64,000 nt of DNA from Eledone cirrhosa (lineage: Eukaryota), in contig OZ024746.1 in NCBI GenBank assembly GCA_964016885.1, positions 124,001 to 188,000 on the forward strand, read 5' to 3'. The stretch's first letter is position 1; every line of letters begins with the position of its first letter. The translations under genes and the position numbers were made by a program. The notes under the pieces are model-generated. The model was not told where the DNA came from. It saw only the letters and a list, made by a program, of their open reading frames with translations, and searched no databases. Shown here one piece after another: positions 37,191-51,800 of the stretch.

Positions 37191-37675
37191 AGATTATATT
37201 ACTTAATATTGGTTCCAGCTGACTGAGTTCTCAGTTTAAATAATATTCTGGTTCACTGCAAATTCTCTCAAGGTCAACAATGCCTTTTGGGATTAGTAAA
37301 TAAAGTACCTGCTCTCTGTTGGTGGATTAATGGAATTGTTAAGGAGTCAGATGTGATGCTTTGTGGTATCTGATCTGGCCCTCAGTTTAGATCCCACTTC
37401 CTTTTGTCAGGAGTTTGTTTGTTTTTCAGGTGGTTATGGTAATTGAACATCTAATAGGACTGAATGAACTATACCATGGTCTTTTAACTATTTTTATTGT
37501 GTTATATACATAGTTTCCTCCTCATAATCAAATTATTTTCCAATGTAGTGGTTACATGGCAGTGAACTGGCAGAGTTGTTAGAACGTTAGATAAAATGCT
37601 TTGTGGTATTCATTCAGTCTCTTTGCACTCTAAGTTCCCCACTGGGAACAACTTTGCTTGTCATTCTTTTGAGGT

Positions 37676-38151
37676 TGTAGCGCAGCGACCCCTTACGCCT
37701 GTGACTCAGCACGTATGGGAGTTGTGTCCCTTTACGGCAGTCGTAACTCAGCGACAGGCGCGACCCCCATTGGCAGATTCAGGTACTTAATGGAGTTGCA
37801 TCCCCCTGGGGACTATATATCTGAGGGCTGGCTAGCTATCAGTCTCTCTCGCAACCTGAACTCCAAAGTGACAACAACAACACCTGAGACCTCGTCAAGA
37901 GATGACTCCTGTCTCACTTCCTTCGCCAGCAAGAAGAAGAATACCGGCAGCCTAAAGAAATACTAACACCTCCAAGAGAAGATTTCTGTTCTTCTCTACA
38001 CACTCCAGTCCGGGACTTGTGACCACCGGGTAACAAATTATTTATATTAATTCATTTGACTTCTGTGAAGTAAAACCTTGTCACAACACACACCGGCATT
38101 TATTGTCATTCTTGATAATATATATATGTACACTGATACTAATCTCCTAAA
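37676..38151 (+). mobile_element. Solo LTR inserted into a SINE
   Basis: AGGT|TGTAG...CTAAA|AGGT 4-bp TSD; TATATA box at about 37815; interrupted SINE core resumes at 38152. Confidence 0.65.
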
Positions 38152-39801
38152 AGGTCAATAAATACAATACTAATCCAGCACTGGAGGTTATTTCCTTTTC
38201 ATCTCATCTCTTTCTCTATTTCTTTGTCATTCTCTGGCAAAGGATGGGCCTCACCAGGTTGATATGCCTCCTATGTCTCTAGCAAGATTTAAGGGCCCTT
38301 CCTTGCAGTGTTTCCCAATTTCTTCACTACCAAGGACACCTTTTATTTAAATAAATTTTCTCTGTTACAGTCAATCCTTGCCCAGATTATATAGCAAGAA
38401 TAACATTTAAAAGAGGAATGTTTGTACTTAAAAAATGGATTCACATAGTTATCATCATCATTTAATGTTTGTTTTCCCGGAAAGGTGGGACTGGTCTTCA
38501 TAGACCAGGTTAGTATCTAATCCATGCCACTGACATCTCAGAAGAAGTGGGACCTGCAGCACACATTTCCAAATATTTTCACACTTTACAGAGTATACCA
38601 GGGAGACTATGAGGTCTTTGAAATGACTAGAGTTCACTCAACCCTTTGTTTGACAAGATTTCTATGGTTGGATGTCTTACTATTACTAAATTACAAACTA
38701 CTTTACAACATAACAAAAGCATCTGCATATTAAATTTAAAATAAAGTGATTGAAATTTGGAACTTAGCTCACGAACCCCAGGCTGGGGCCTGCTTGTCTA
38801 ACATTTTCAGACTAGACCTTTCATTATTATGATAAAATAAAGTACCAGTAATGCATTGTGGTCGATTTAATCACCCCCCCCCCCCCTCTAAAACTGTTGG
38901 GTTTGTGCCTAAATCAGAAACCATTATTATAAACGGTTTCTTATTTTGTCAGGTCACTGATTTGAACAGAGTGGGAAACAATTACATTGAATCCAGTACT
39001 TCATTGGTACTTTATTTTATCGATCCAAGCAAGAATGAAAAAAACGACAACCTAAGTGGCATTTGAACTAAGAACGTAATGGGCTGTCACTAACTGCTGC
39101 AAATCATTTTGTCAGGCGCTGTAACGATATTAACCTTCTTTAGGAGGGTAAAAAAAATGAGGCAGAGGATATGTCTGTGCAATCTTATGGTTCTGGTTTC
39201 AGTCCTGCTGCATGGCACCTTAAGCAAGTTTCTTCTACCATAGCTTCAGGTTGATTAACGTCTTGTGGGTGGACCTTGTTATGAATGAAATAGCAGAAGC
39301 CAGTCGTGCATGTTCATCCGTGTTTATGTTTTGTCTGTAACTTAGCAGTTCAACAAAAAAGAGATCGATAAAATAAGTACTAAACTTCTCCCACTTATTC
39401 TTGAGAAGGTCGTGGGGAGTAGAGTCCTCAAACACTCCTTCCAGTGGGTCTTGTCAGAAGCAACTGTCTCCAATTGATCCAGCTGGATCCACAAGCAAGA
39501 CCAAGCTCATGGATGTTATCCAACCATCTTCCTCTTTGTCACCTGCCGGTTGGTTTTTTCTGTAAAATCTGTCCAGCTAATCTTTTCTCACTTGATTTAA
39601 AAAATTACAGGAGGACAATATGATTGACTAAAATTCAATGCGGTGCCTTGGCTGTAGTCTAACGCCTGAAAAGAAGGAAATAGTAGGAAGTCAAGGGAGG
39701 TAACTAGTGATTCAAAGCACATGTTCGTTTATAAGTTCATGTAAACCCATTTCCAAGAAATGTTTTTATAAACTAATACCCGGTGGATGAAAACAGTAAC
39801 C

Positions 39802-39828
39802 ATGGCTGACGAGGCTGTCGATAACCAG
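39802..39828 (+). CDS. PEX14: PEX14 candidate exon 1 (MADEAVDNQ) with GC donor
   Basis: aaccATGG Kozak context; CAG|gcatgt donor; phase 0 joins in frame to ACT GTT GAA ATG at 44479. Confidence 0.6.
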
Positions 39829-42800
39829 GCATGTTTTTTGTATAATACTAAATTTATTGAAAAACTTGTCCTTCTTTAAAACCCCTTCTTTATAGAATTA
39901 ATATAGATGTTGATAAACTAAATCACTTCGGAGTTTAATGTCTCAGCTAAACTATTTGTAAACCTCAACACATTAACACACCCCATTTTTGAGGTTTATT
40001 TTGAATATAATGGATTCTAACTGCTTACAAAATTTATGGAAAAACATTTTTAAAATATTAAATATCTGACAAGTATGTTATTCCAATCGAATCCAGTTAT
40101 ATTTAATGAAACAATTACAAAATTATTCATGGATTAAAGAAAAAATAACCTTTAAACATCTGTACATTTCACTAGTGCAGGTGTATGTGTAACTAAGACG
40201 ATCAATTGCTTTAACTTGAAGGTAAATACAACCAGAATTGAACCAAAGTCAACCACTTATATCGAGAAAGTTTTGTTTGCCTTAAGGTTATTTAAAACAA
40301 TTCATGTTGTAAATGAAGTAATTAAAAATGTCATGTCCTTTAAAGCAAATTAGCAATAACAAATCTAATTTAAATACTTTTATTGTTTTATTAGAATTAA
40401 TTATAATTCGTTAAATATATATTTTTATTTTAAATCTACAAACATTTCTGGCATATTTATTCAAAATACGGACAGCTTTTCCATATATTTGGACCTCACA
40501 TTTGTGTCATAGATCTAAAAACTAGCGAGCTAAATGATCTCCGTTAACCCTTCTAAAAATAGAAGCCAAATCTACCTCAAATCACATCGTATCATATTAA
40601 AAAGAAGACATTGTATAATGTAGAATGTCTGGCGAAAATGTGGGAGGTGACGGCTGGAAGCAGAGTTGACCTCCGATTAAAAAATAGCACCCACCAACTA
40701 ATACACACATTCCTGTATTTATTAAAAATGTGAATGTGTCTTAGAATAAAATTGTTAATATTTTTATGAAAATTATATTTCTAAGCCATTTGAAGGTAAA
40801 CTTCCCAAGTTTCACATCCGGTATAAAATTTGGTATTGAATCTAACTTAACTGTATTGAGATTGAATAGACTCTGCCTGACCTCCAGGCCTCTGGCAATA
40901 CGAATTGGGTGTCCTCTTGTAGTGGTTTCTAAATTGCAGTAGTATTTTATTATTTTACTGATTTCAGACATTGGATTGTAGCTGTTGTACCACCATCAAA
41001 GGTTTAGTTGATCATATCGACCCTAATACTTATTTCAGTCTGGTACTAATTTCATCAATGTTTATTTGTCGGACCACTAGTTCACGAGACATAAAGGGAC
41101 ACAACATAAACAACACCGGTTTTTAGACCGGTGTAAATATAAGCACAGATACAAGGACACATAAACAGATTTTACACATAAACAGATTTTACATTTGCTT
41201 TTCATGTTAACATGCGTTGTCACAGTCTGAGACAATAATAACAACGTCTTGTTCATACATTCAATATTTTTGGCATCCTTTCTACAGTTGGATGCCTTCC
41301 TAATGTCAACCATTTTACAGAGTGTACAGGGTGCTTTTTATCGTGTCGCCAGCACTACAACTTTGTAGAATGTGATGGGTGCAGTTTATTGTGGCATCAA
41401 CATTAGAAAAGTTGTCATGTACTCAGCAAGACTGAAGTCATCTGTCTATCATCATCATCATTGTTTAACATCCACTTTTCCACACTTGCATGGGTTAGAG
41501 AGGTTGTCATGTTATGAAACAAGCCAAGCTACGTCTTGTTCATATGGATTTGTATTTTGGTTTGGTTTTTACGGCTATATACCATTCCTAACGCCAATTA
41601 CATTACAGTGTGGACTGGGTGCTTTTTGTCACCAGCACAACCACCTTATATGGTGGACTGGGCTCTCTTTGTTGTGTCACCAGATGACGACTTTACAGGG
41701 TGGACAGTATTTTCGTTGTTGTGGCACCCGATCGCCATACATGGTGGACTGAGTGCTTTGTTTTTTTGTAGCAGCAACAACATGATGGAGCATGACCAGC
41801 TTTCCATGCTTGTACACATGGGTTGGACATCAGGGATGAGGAAGGTTGTGGCGAGGAATGAGCATGAAAGTTGGACATGGATGAGGGGAGTGGAATATTT
41901 AGCTGGTGGAGAGGGGGTATTAAGACAAGGAAAGGTGAATTGGTGGAATGTGGGTAAGAAGATTAATGCAGACTAATGTCCTTTACATATTCCCCATCCT
42001 GTGTACATGGAAAGGTAGGTCTTCTTCAATACAGCATAGCACCAGTATCTTTATTTGATTGTCAGCCATTTTGACCTGGGTGCTGTCTCTGGAAGACTTG
42101 CGTAGATTAGAAAGAAACGAAGTCTGCATGCTCCGATGGATGTGTAATAGTAATATACACGAACGGCAAAGCATAAACGAATTGAGAGAGAGACTGAGCA
42201 TAAGAGGAATCAAATGCTGTGTGCAAGAGAGGCGGTTGCGTTGGTATGGGCATGTGCTGCGTATGAAGGATGACAACTGCATAAAAAGGTGCAGAGCACT
42301 AGAAATCGATGGAAGCCGTGGAGTGGGCAGACCCAAGAAGACCTGGGATGAGGTGATAAAACCGACCTTACCCAATTACACCTCTCAAAGGTGATGACAC
42401 ACGACCGTGACCTCTGGCGTCACACAGTAATACAGAAGACCCGACCCCCCCACGGGTACAAGCCGAAGCTGAAGGATATAGACAATATGCCCGCACACCC
42501 TCCCACTGCAAAGTGGTCGTGGAGGTGCCACGGCAAAAAAGCACCCAGCCCACACTGTAAAGTGGACATGTAGGTGCCACGGAAAAAAGCCCCCAGCACT
42601 CACTGTAAATGAGGTTGGTGTTAGGAAGGGCATCCAGCTGTAGAAATCAAGCCAGAATCAGTTCCCGTATGCGCAAGTCATGATCAGCCGACCGGCTACT
42701 GCCCACAACAGGACAACCCATGCTAGCGCGGAAGAACGGACGTAAAACGGTGATGATGAGGATGGTGATACTGGGTGCATTTTATTGTAACACCAACGCT

Positions 42801-45800
42801 AGAGAAGTTTTCAAGTCCTCAGCAAGACCAAAGGGTCCCCTCTATCCTATGTTGTCTTGGTTCATTTGTCATCCACTTAATAGGGGGTACTGAGTGTATT
42901 CCATTTTGAGACCTACTGTAGTAAGGTTGTTGGAACTCTCTACTAATGTGACATGACAGCAGGTGGAGTCTTATAGGAACACTCCACTGTAACAGCAAGT
43001 GGAGTTTTGAGAAAGAACTCTTTACTGTGACAGCAGGCAGAGTCTGAGAGAGAACTCTCTACTGTGACAGCAGGATGAGTCTGATAAGGAACTCTCAATA
43101 TAATAGAAATGTTAGAATTGGCAGAACTGGTAGAGCATCAGATAAAATGTTATTGCAGTATTTGTTCTGACTCTTTACATTCTGAGGTCAACTTTGTTTT
43201 CATCATTCTGGTGTCAATAAGATAAAGTAACAGTCAAGTATTGGGGTTGATTTAATCAATTTTACCCTTTCCCTAAATTTGCTGGTCTTGTGTTCAGAAA
43301 TCAATATTAGAAATGTTTGTTATTTTACAAAACAACTCCAAATCTTTTATTTTTCTAAAAATTAATTGAAACACATGAACAGTATTTTACATATGAAAAA
43401 AACACTCAGTTCACACTGTAAAATGGTCGTGTAGGTGTCATAACAAAAAATACCCAGTCCATACTGTAAAGTGGTCATGTAGGCATCAACACAAAAAGAG
43501 CCCAGTCCACACTGTAAAGTGGTTGTTTTGGTATCATGACAAAAAGCACCCAGTCAACTCTCTAAATGTAGTTTGTGTTAGGAAGGGCATCCAGCTGTAG
43601 AAACCAAACCAGAAACTGTTCTGTATAAGCAAGACATGGTCATCTAATCTGGCTTATCTCACAATGGGACAACTCATCTAACCCATGCTACCATGGAAAA
43701 ATAGGCGTTAAATGGTGATAACCTCTACATCATTCCCAATATGTGCTAATTAATAATTGTTTCTACTTTAATGCAGAGTTGCCTGGTTTTAAGTCAGCAT
43801 GGAAAAAAATATTTGAAACTAAATCTTCATTCTCTTGATCCTTTCAAATGTAATATGTTGTTACTGAATATTTCAGGACATGTTTTGTTTTTTATTATTA
43901 ATGTAAATCCTAGAGAGGAGGTAGGCTCTGTCAGGTTTAAGAGTGTCCTAGAAAAACTGTATGTCAATACAGCACTTCAATGACTCACTCAGGAGTTATG
44001 AGTTCATGCATGCATTAATGTGAATAATAAAAAAATTATTATTAATGACGGCATTAGGAAGGGCATCCAGCTGTAGAAACCAAGCCAGAATCTGTTCTGT
44101 ATGAGCAAAACATGGATGGTCACCTGATCTAGCATTGCCTACAACAGGACAAATCATCTAACCCATGCTAGCGTGGAAAAATGGATGTAAAACAGTGATG
44201 ATGATGATGATAACAGGGCAGTAGATTGATAGTACCCAGCCCACATGGCACCAGCACTACCACTTTCCAGAGTGTATTGGGTGTATTTTATCATGACATC
44301 AGCACAAGAGATTGTCATTTCCCCAGTAAAACTGAAGAATACACTAGACGCCACATTCTTTGTTCTTTCAATGCAACTAAATAATATAAATTAAAAAGAT
44401 AAAGTTTAATAGCTGAATCGGTCTATAAAATTGTAATAACTGTATCTTAATCTGTGTTGTGTATTATTTTATTTATAGACTGTTGAAATGGCTTCTAATG
44501 TCCAATCTCCCCTTACAGAAGAAACGGCATCTGGAAAACTGGTAATTTCATAATCTCTGTCTATCTGACTGGTTTTTTTTTAATGGAGAAATAAATGTTT
44601 CTTTACTGTTGGCACCATGGTAAAATGCACCCAATACACTCTGTAAAGTGTTACCTCTGGTGTCACAAATAAAATACACTCAGTACACTATGTAAAGTGG
44701 TAGTATTGGTGCCACAAATAAAACACACCCAGCACACTGTAAAGTGGTAGTGCTATGCCATGATAAAATGCTCCAGTACACTGTAAAGTGGTAGTACTGA
44801 TGCCATGATAAAATACACCCAGTATACTCTGTAAAGTGGTAGTGCTAGTACCACAAATAAAATACATCCAGTACACTCTGTAAATGTGAGTTTCATAAAG
44901 CTATATTGTTGGGGAGAAGAGGGATCTGATATTTTGGGGGACGTCTTTTTTTTAAAGGTATTTAAAACTGTTTTAACTCACTCAGCTGTTGGATTAATTT
45001 GAATGTCCTGCTAAATTTTGTTTATGCTTTGAGAGGAGTTGGGCCCTGCCAAGTATTTCTAAGGCCCACTGAAACACCATAATGAACATATTGACACATA
45101 AGGTACCAGTCCAGTGGAGTGGCTGGACAATGTACCATTTGATATATTTTTTGACTCTTTACATTCTGATTTCAAATCCTTCTTTGACTTATTTGGATTG
45201 TTGGTTTAACACCATCACCTGGCCCTTGGGTATCTTTAGCAGAGCCCATTCTCTGGTAAACATTGAGGCTAGGTCTTCAAGTATGCCTTTTTCCCTCCCT
45301 CCTACTACGCTGCAAGGCCCTGAAAAGGATTGTGGTTGTTGTCCTTTCCTCCCAGACCAAAGAAGAAAAGAAAACAAGCCCTTAAATTACTTTCTTTAGC
45401 CAGTCCTTCTTCCTCATAACTATAACCTTCTAGAACTCCATTTGTTCCCATACTTAACCTTCCTTCCTCATGGAAATACTGAGTATCAACCATATCAATT
45501 TCATTTATCTAGGAAGGTCATCCAAAATACTAGGCAGGCTACCATATTTGCTGGCCTAGTGGACACCTTTTCATATAAGATGCCCCCTGGTTTTACAAGG
45601 ACATTTTAAGAAAAAAAGAATTTTAGTACATTTCTTTATAAATTTATTAAAAATTATTTCATTGTTTTTTCAGAAACTCTTATTAAGTTCGACATCATTT
45701 TGCTTATATAAATTTTATTGTATTAGTCTATTAGTAATACTAATAGTAATACAAAGTACATTGTCCTCACTCTCTGTTGGGCCTCCCATTGGATGCAGGG

Positions 45801-48800
45801 AAGATTTTTTATGTTTTGGGAAAAAAAGTGCACCCGATAGGCTGGCAAATACAGTAATTTAAAAAAATACATTAAGAAAAAAAGGAGCTGAGAGACTGAC
45901 TCTTGATTCATATAACTATTATTATTCTTTTCCATTAAACAATTATTTTGTGTTTTAGAATTGAGTTAATTGATTACAACACAACAACATTTGAAGGTCA
46001 TTTTCCCTGCTAAAGCAGGGGCTAACCTTGTAGACCCTATGATTTTCTTGTTTTGTCCTTTCATTTCAACCCCTTCATGAACCCCCTTGCCACCATTTCA
46101 TCTTCTATCATTTTTAACTATATCTTTCTTGGTCTTTCACTTCATCTATTTCTTTCCATATTCATTTCCATCACACCTCTCACCTCAGACACTTTTATCT
46201 TTCCTCAACACATGACCCAACCATCTCATTCTATTTCTCTTCATAACATTCATCACTGGTTCTATTCCTCTCACCTAGTCTCTTTCATCCTTCCTCAACA
46301 CATGATCCAACCATCTCACTCCATTTCACTTCACAACATTCATCACTGGCTCTTTTCCCATCATTCTCTGCCATTTATCATTTATCTTCCTCTCTCTCAG
46401 TAATACTCCACTCATCCACTAAACCATTCTTTCCAGCCTCCTCTGCTTCTCCACACCCCTCATGGTAAATTTCTCACATGTAATATATATCTTTCCTTTC
46501 AATTTCAGCAGATTCATAATACATGATTGTATCTGATGTAAATTTCTATTTAAAGGTTTCTGAAGATTCACCTAATTCAGCACCAGTGTCACGAGACAAT
46601 TTAGTAAGTTTTCTATAATCTTTTGTACTTGCAACAGCATTCACCCGGGGTGGGTTAAGTTGTCTCCATTGAAGGAATTCATGGTGTAAGTTCATTTCAA
46701 TGGAGTTTCTTCAGGTTATTGGTTTCACAAGTGGTGCCCAGCCGCAAATATATTCACTTTAGGATAGTGTAATTCAAACATTGCATCAGTTATAGTGTCA
46801 AGCTCTCACTGTCACACCAAACCCAATTTGGTGGAGCCAGTGTCACAACACATGGGAAGGAGTTTGGCTAGCAGAAGTGATAAACACAACCTAATTGAGC
46901 TATTTTGTTGGCCAGCAGGAGGTCACTCCACTGCCCAGCTCAGGCATACTCACCCTCAGCACCTTTTATAGTTATATATTAAAGTAGTATGTTATTCATA
47001 ATATAGTCTCCTAGTTTGGAAATCAAACCCACAACCTTATGATCTTGAACCCTAAACCTTGCAGGTTCTCATGACAAACTTCATATTAGCTGCTGCCAGG
47101 AAAACAACCACTTATGTGTTTATTGCAGGTGACTTCAATCATTCTGAGATGGATTGGGAAACCTTTCGTTGGCCACAAAGTGCAAATGATTTCCTTGAGC
47201 TAGTGCTGGTCTCAAACTGGTCACAAGTAGTCACCTCTCCAACAAGAGGTGACAACACTTTGGACCTGATCTTCACCACTACTCTTGAAGTGGTTATCAG
47301 TTGTACTACTGAGGAACCTCTAGGCGACTATGATCATTGCCAATCTGGCTCTTGCGGGCAGCAACAAAAACCAGAACCATCTCCAATCTGCTTGCTTTGA
47401 TTGGAAGAAAGCAGATTGGAACTTGTACTGCACTTATCTACAGCGCCCAAACTGGCATGAGTTCTATAACTCTGGAGATGTGAACACTATACTCCAGAGC
47501 ATCCTGGACTCAATATGGATAGCGTATGCAGCATCAGTGCCACGTAAGCAGAAAAAAAACCACCCCAAAAGTGTAATTTGGGAAACTTCAGCAGTCCGAC
47601 TTGCCAGGAAAGAATGTCGGAATGCTGAAAGGGAATATAAACTGCATAAATCAGATGCCAACAGAAAAAAGCGGAATAAATCTTCCAACAATCTCAAGCA
47701 AGTGACAAAAAAGGCAGTGCTTGAATTTGAACACTGCATAGCAACCAATCCTGACAGTAAGGTGTTCTGGAAATATGTACATTCAAAGTACACTCTCCTT
47801 CTAAATTCTTGATTATTTAAAAGAGTTAATTGAAAATACGTGGGTAGTGTATTTTATTACAAATATAGTAAGGAAAGGGTTAATATTATGACTACCATAT
47901 ATAAGCCAAGATATATGTGACCAAAATGTTGATGGTAGAAGGAAGGGTTAGCTTGTATTTGGGGTCAATATTTTGACAATTTTCATCAACTTCATAAATA
48001 AGTTTTAGATTTTTGCCCATTTCTCAGACATAAAATAGTGGGGTCTGCTTATATTCGAGTATATACAGTAATATATTTATTAGTATATACAGTAATATTC
48101 TGTACTTGTTTTTAATTTCAGATCCATACTGCTGTATCCTTTCTGCAACATAGTAAAGTACGAAACACTTCCATAGAACATAAAAAATCATTTTTAAAAC
48201 GGAAAGGTAAACATTAGATTTTATTTATTTCAGCATAAAAATGTTTAACCATTGAAAGATATGAAATTAGAATATAATTACTAAATTATTACTTAATCAC
48301 AACATACTCTATTACATGTTCCAGCCGAGAGTCTGGGACCATGCTGGGGCACCGCCATAGACTTGTTTTTCTGTATAAATTCAAATAAAACTTTGATTTT
48401 TTTTTTCCTCAAGCTATTATTATGCCAGAGAAAAGAATCTGAGAAGTAATAAATATTGTTTAATTAATGAGATAACTGAAATAAAATGTAACACTATTCT
48501 TGCCTCACTACTGAGTGAGTAAATGTTACTGATGACAGATAAAAATATAGAAACAGCTGTCTGTCATTCTCACTGTTACTGAGATAGCTGTGACATGATC
48601 ACATATTATATATTCTTTCATATACACCTCTAATATAAATCATGGTGTGTTAGGGCTACTGCTAAAGATTTAATAAGAGTAATTATTTTTTACTGTTTAT
48701 ATAAAAGATAAGTGAATTGTGTAATTTTATTTTTACAGGTTTAACTGATGAAGACATTTTAGAAGCTTTTAGAAGGTCTGGAACCCCAGAAGTTAATACA

Positions 48801-51800
48801 GATTTTTTCTCATCTCAAAACCTACATCCATATCACCAACAGCAACCAACAATTCAAAGTACAATTTTTTTTAGTTTGTTTTAAATTTATGATTATTTTA
48901 TATCTGTCTTATGACCCATTTGATACCTGCCTGAAGCTGCCCCTGGTTCTATAATACTAATCTGTATATTCTAAATGTGGAGGCACGTGGCCTAGAGGTA
49001 AGGGTGTTGGATTTACGATCATAATGTCATGGATTTGGTTCTTGGACTGGGTTGTGTGTTGTCTTGAGCAAAACACTTCATTTCATATTGCTCCAGTATA
49101 CTCAGCTGAAAATGAGTACCAGTAATAGCTGGTGGTTTAACCCTATAATGAACTGGTGTCCTGTCCACGGGGGAGTCTTGTACTCTCAGTCACTTAATGC
49201 CATGAAACGGGGATAAGAACCGGCCTAACAAGCCTCCTGGCTTGAGAAAAACTTTAGATTTTTTAAAGTGTTCATATTTATCTAAAAACTTCTCATCATA
49301 ATTTTATCTAGGGATCTTTGTTAACAAACATCAGCCTAATAATGAGAAAGGTAGTTATATTGTTATATTTTGGGAGGGTCATGCTGCCAATAAAAACACA
49401 CGCAGCTGTTGGTTTTCACTTCAATTTATTATAAATTTCTGGCTGGTTCAATAACCGGATAACCATCCAGTTATTGAACCAACCAATTTCTCTCTCAGTT
49501 CATTGATGCTTCATCTTCCATTCACACATCACACATCCATTAAAGCTTGCTCAAATAAATGTACAGACACACATGGTATATTATTATGGCTTGACTACAA
49601 CATGTGGTTAGAATGTCTCAAGAAAGAATCACTGAACAGATTTTACAGGCAAAACCAACTGGCAGGAGACCCACCCAGAGGTTGACCCTGAGCAAGATGG
49701 TTGGATAACATCCACAAGGTTGGCTGGTCTCATTTGGGGATCCGGCCGGATCAGTTGGAGACAGTTGCTTCTAACAGGACCTGCTGGAAGGAGTGTTTGA
49801 GGACTCTGCCCCCCACAACCCTCTCAGGAATAAGTGTAAAGAAGATCGAAACATTGTAGACTATGTTAATACCTTTTTTTTTGGCTGTATAATTATTTTA
49901 ATAGTTTATTTAAAAAGAACTGAAAGTTATTCTATATATTTGTATCTACAGTACCACATGTGACTGCATGGAGCAGAGTTAGAGAGACTGTTGTTGCTGG
50001 TATCCTTTTATGGGGAATATCGAAAGGTGCACATAAAATATACCAGGTAAGTATATATACATATATATAGTATTGTCCTCAACAACAAGAACTTTCGAAG
50101 AATATTCCGTCTCTTTTTATATTGTTTATGCACTGAGAACTTTTAATCTACATTGAGCTACTCTCACCTTATCAAAAGTAATAGTGGAATACTCTGGAAA
50201 AATGGATGTTAAACAGTGATGATGATGATGATATATTTGAAAACAGGGATACACTGTTATGAGTTTTATGACTAATCTTGGAATACCCAGAATATTTGAG
50301 GGGCTGTTGGCCACTGTTTTAAGTGAATTTAACTAATAATATCCAGTAATGATTTAGTGAGGTCAATTTTGCCTTTTATTCATTCAAGGTCGATAAAAAA
50401 AGAACCAGTCAAGTACTGGGGTCAATTCTTCCTGTATATGTCTTTTTCATCTCCATTCTCTCACTTTCTATTCTCCTCTAGAAGAAATCTGGAGTATTCA
50501 GGCCTGGAGAAGGATAGTTTATAAAATGTCCTAAAAACACTGTCAATACGGCACCCCAACAATTCCTTTAGGAGTTACAGGACCATGCAATGATGTAGCA
50601 AAATATATCTAAATACAAACTTGTTAATTCAAGTGTTTATAGTATCTTTACTATTGGACAGATCTTTGTGAAAATTTGCAGTATTAGAGTAAAAACTTGA
50701 ATTTTTAATGCGATGATGCCATAGTGATTTTTTTTACTACTTTTTAAGAATCTCTTGCTAATGTGGTTTCATATGGTACAGGATATATAGTTAAGGGTGA
50801 ACAAAGACTATCTAGAGTGGAAAGGAGCCTTTAGCCATGCAGAGGCAAAAGTAATTTCTCTTGTGTTGGTATTGTGATAAAATACACCCAGTACACTGTG
50901 TAAAGTGGTAGTGGTGATGTCGTGATAAAATACACCCAGTACACTCTGTAAAGTGGTAGTTGTGATGCCATGATAAAATACACCCAGTACACTCTGTAAA
51001 GTGCTTGGCAACTGAACAAAGACAACATAGTATTGTAAGAACCTTTCAGTTTTGTTGAAGACATAACCTCTCTAATGTTGGTACCATGATAACCTCTCTA
51101 GTGTTGAAGACATGATAACTTCTCTTGTGTTGGTGTCATGATAACCTCTCTTGTGTTTGTGACATGATGACCTCTCTAGTGTTGGTGTAAAGATAACCTC
51201 TCTGGTGTTGAAAACATGATAACCTCTCTTGTGTTAGCGTCATGATAACCTCTCTAGTGTTGAAGACATGATAACCTCTCTAGAGTTGGTGTCATGATAA
51301 CCTCTCTAGTGTTGAAGACATGATAACTTCTCTTGTGTTGGTGATATGATAACCTCTCTAGTGTTGAAGACATGATAACCTCTCTAATGTGGGTGCCATG
51401 ATAACCTCTCTAGTGTTGAGGACATGATAACTTCTCTAGTGTGGGTGCCATGATAATATGCACCTAGTATACTGTATAGTGGTTAATATTAGGAAGGGCA
51501 TCCAGCTGTAGAAAATTTGCTAAATGTTTGGGTGGACACTTCAGTTATGTCAAAGACATGACATTAAAATGCTTTAGGTAGAGCATATGTACATATTCTG
51601 TGTATGAGATTTGGGCCCCTGGCCCTGCATGAGCACACTTTACAGTGTGGGAACTTAAATGAGTAAGATATAGGCCCCCAGCCCATCTGAGAGGTCAATA
51701 GCTCTGCGTGAGTTTGTGACAGCCCATCCAACCCTTGGTAGCATGGAAAACGGACATTAAATGATGATAATGAATCATGTTATTGATAAAGCTGTAAAAC

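Noticed and set aside
40620-40700. CpG-containing candidate PEX14 promoter
   Set aside because: Resembles a dispersed repeat (related inverted sequence near 23770); a better first-exon candidate exists at 39802
51060-51455. CRISPR-like regular array
   Set aside because: Head-to-tail 26-bp units with no unique spacers; eukaryotic context; no cas genes
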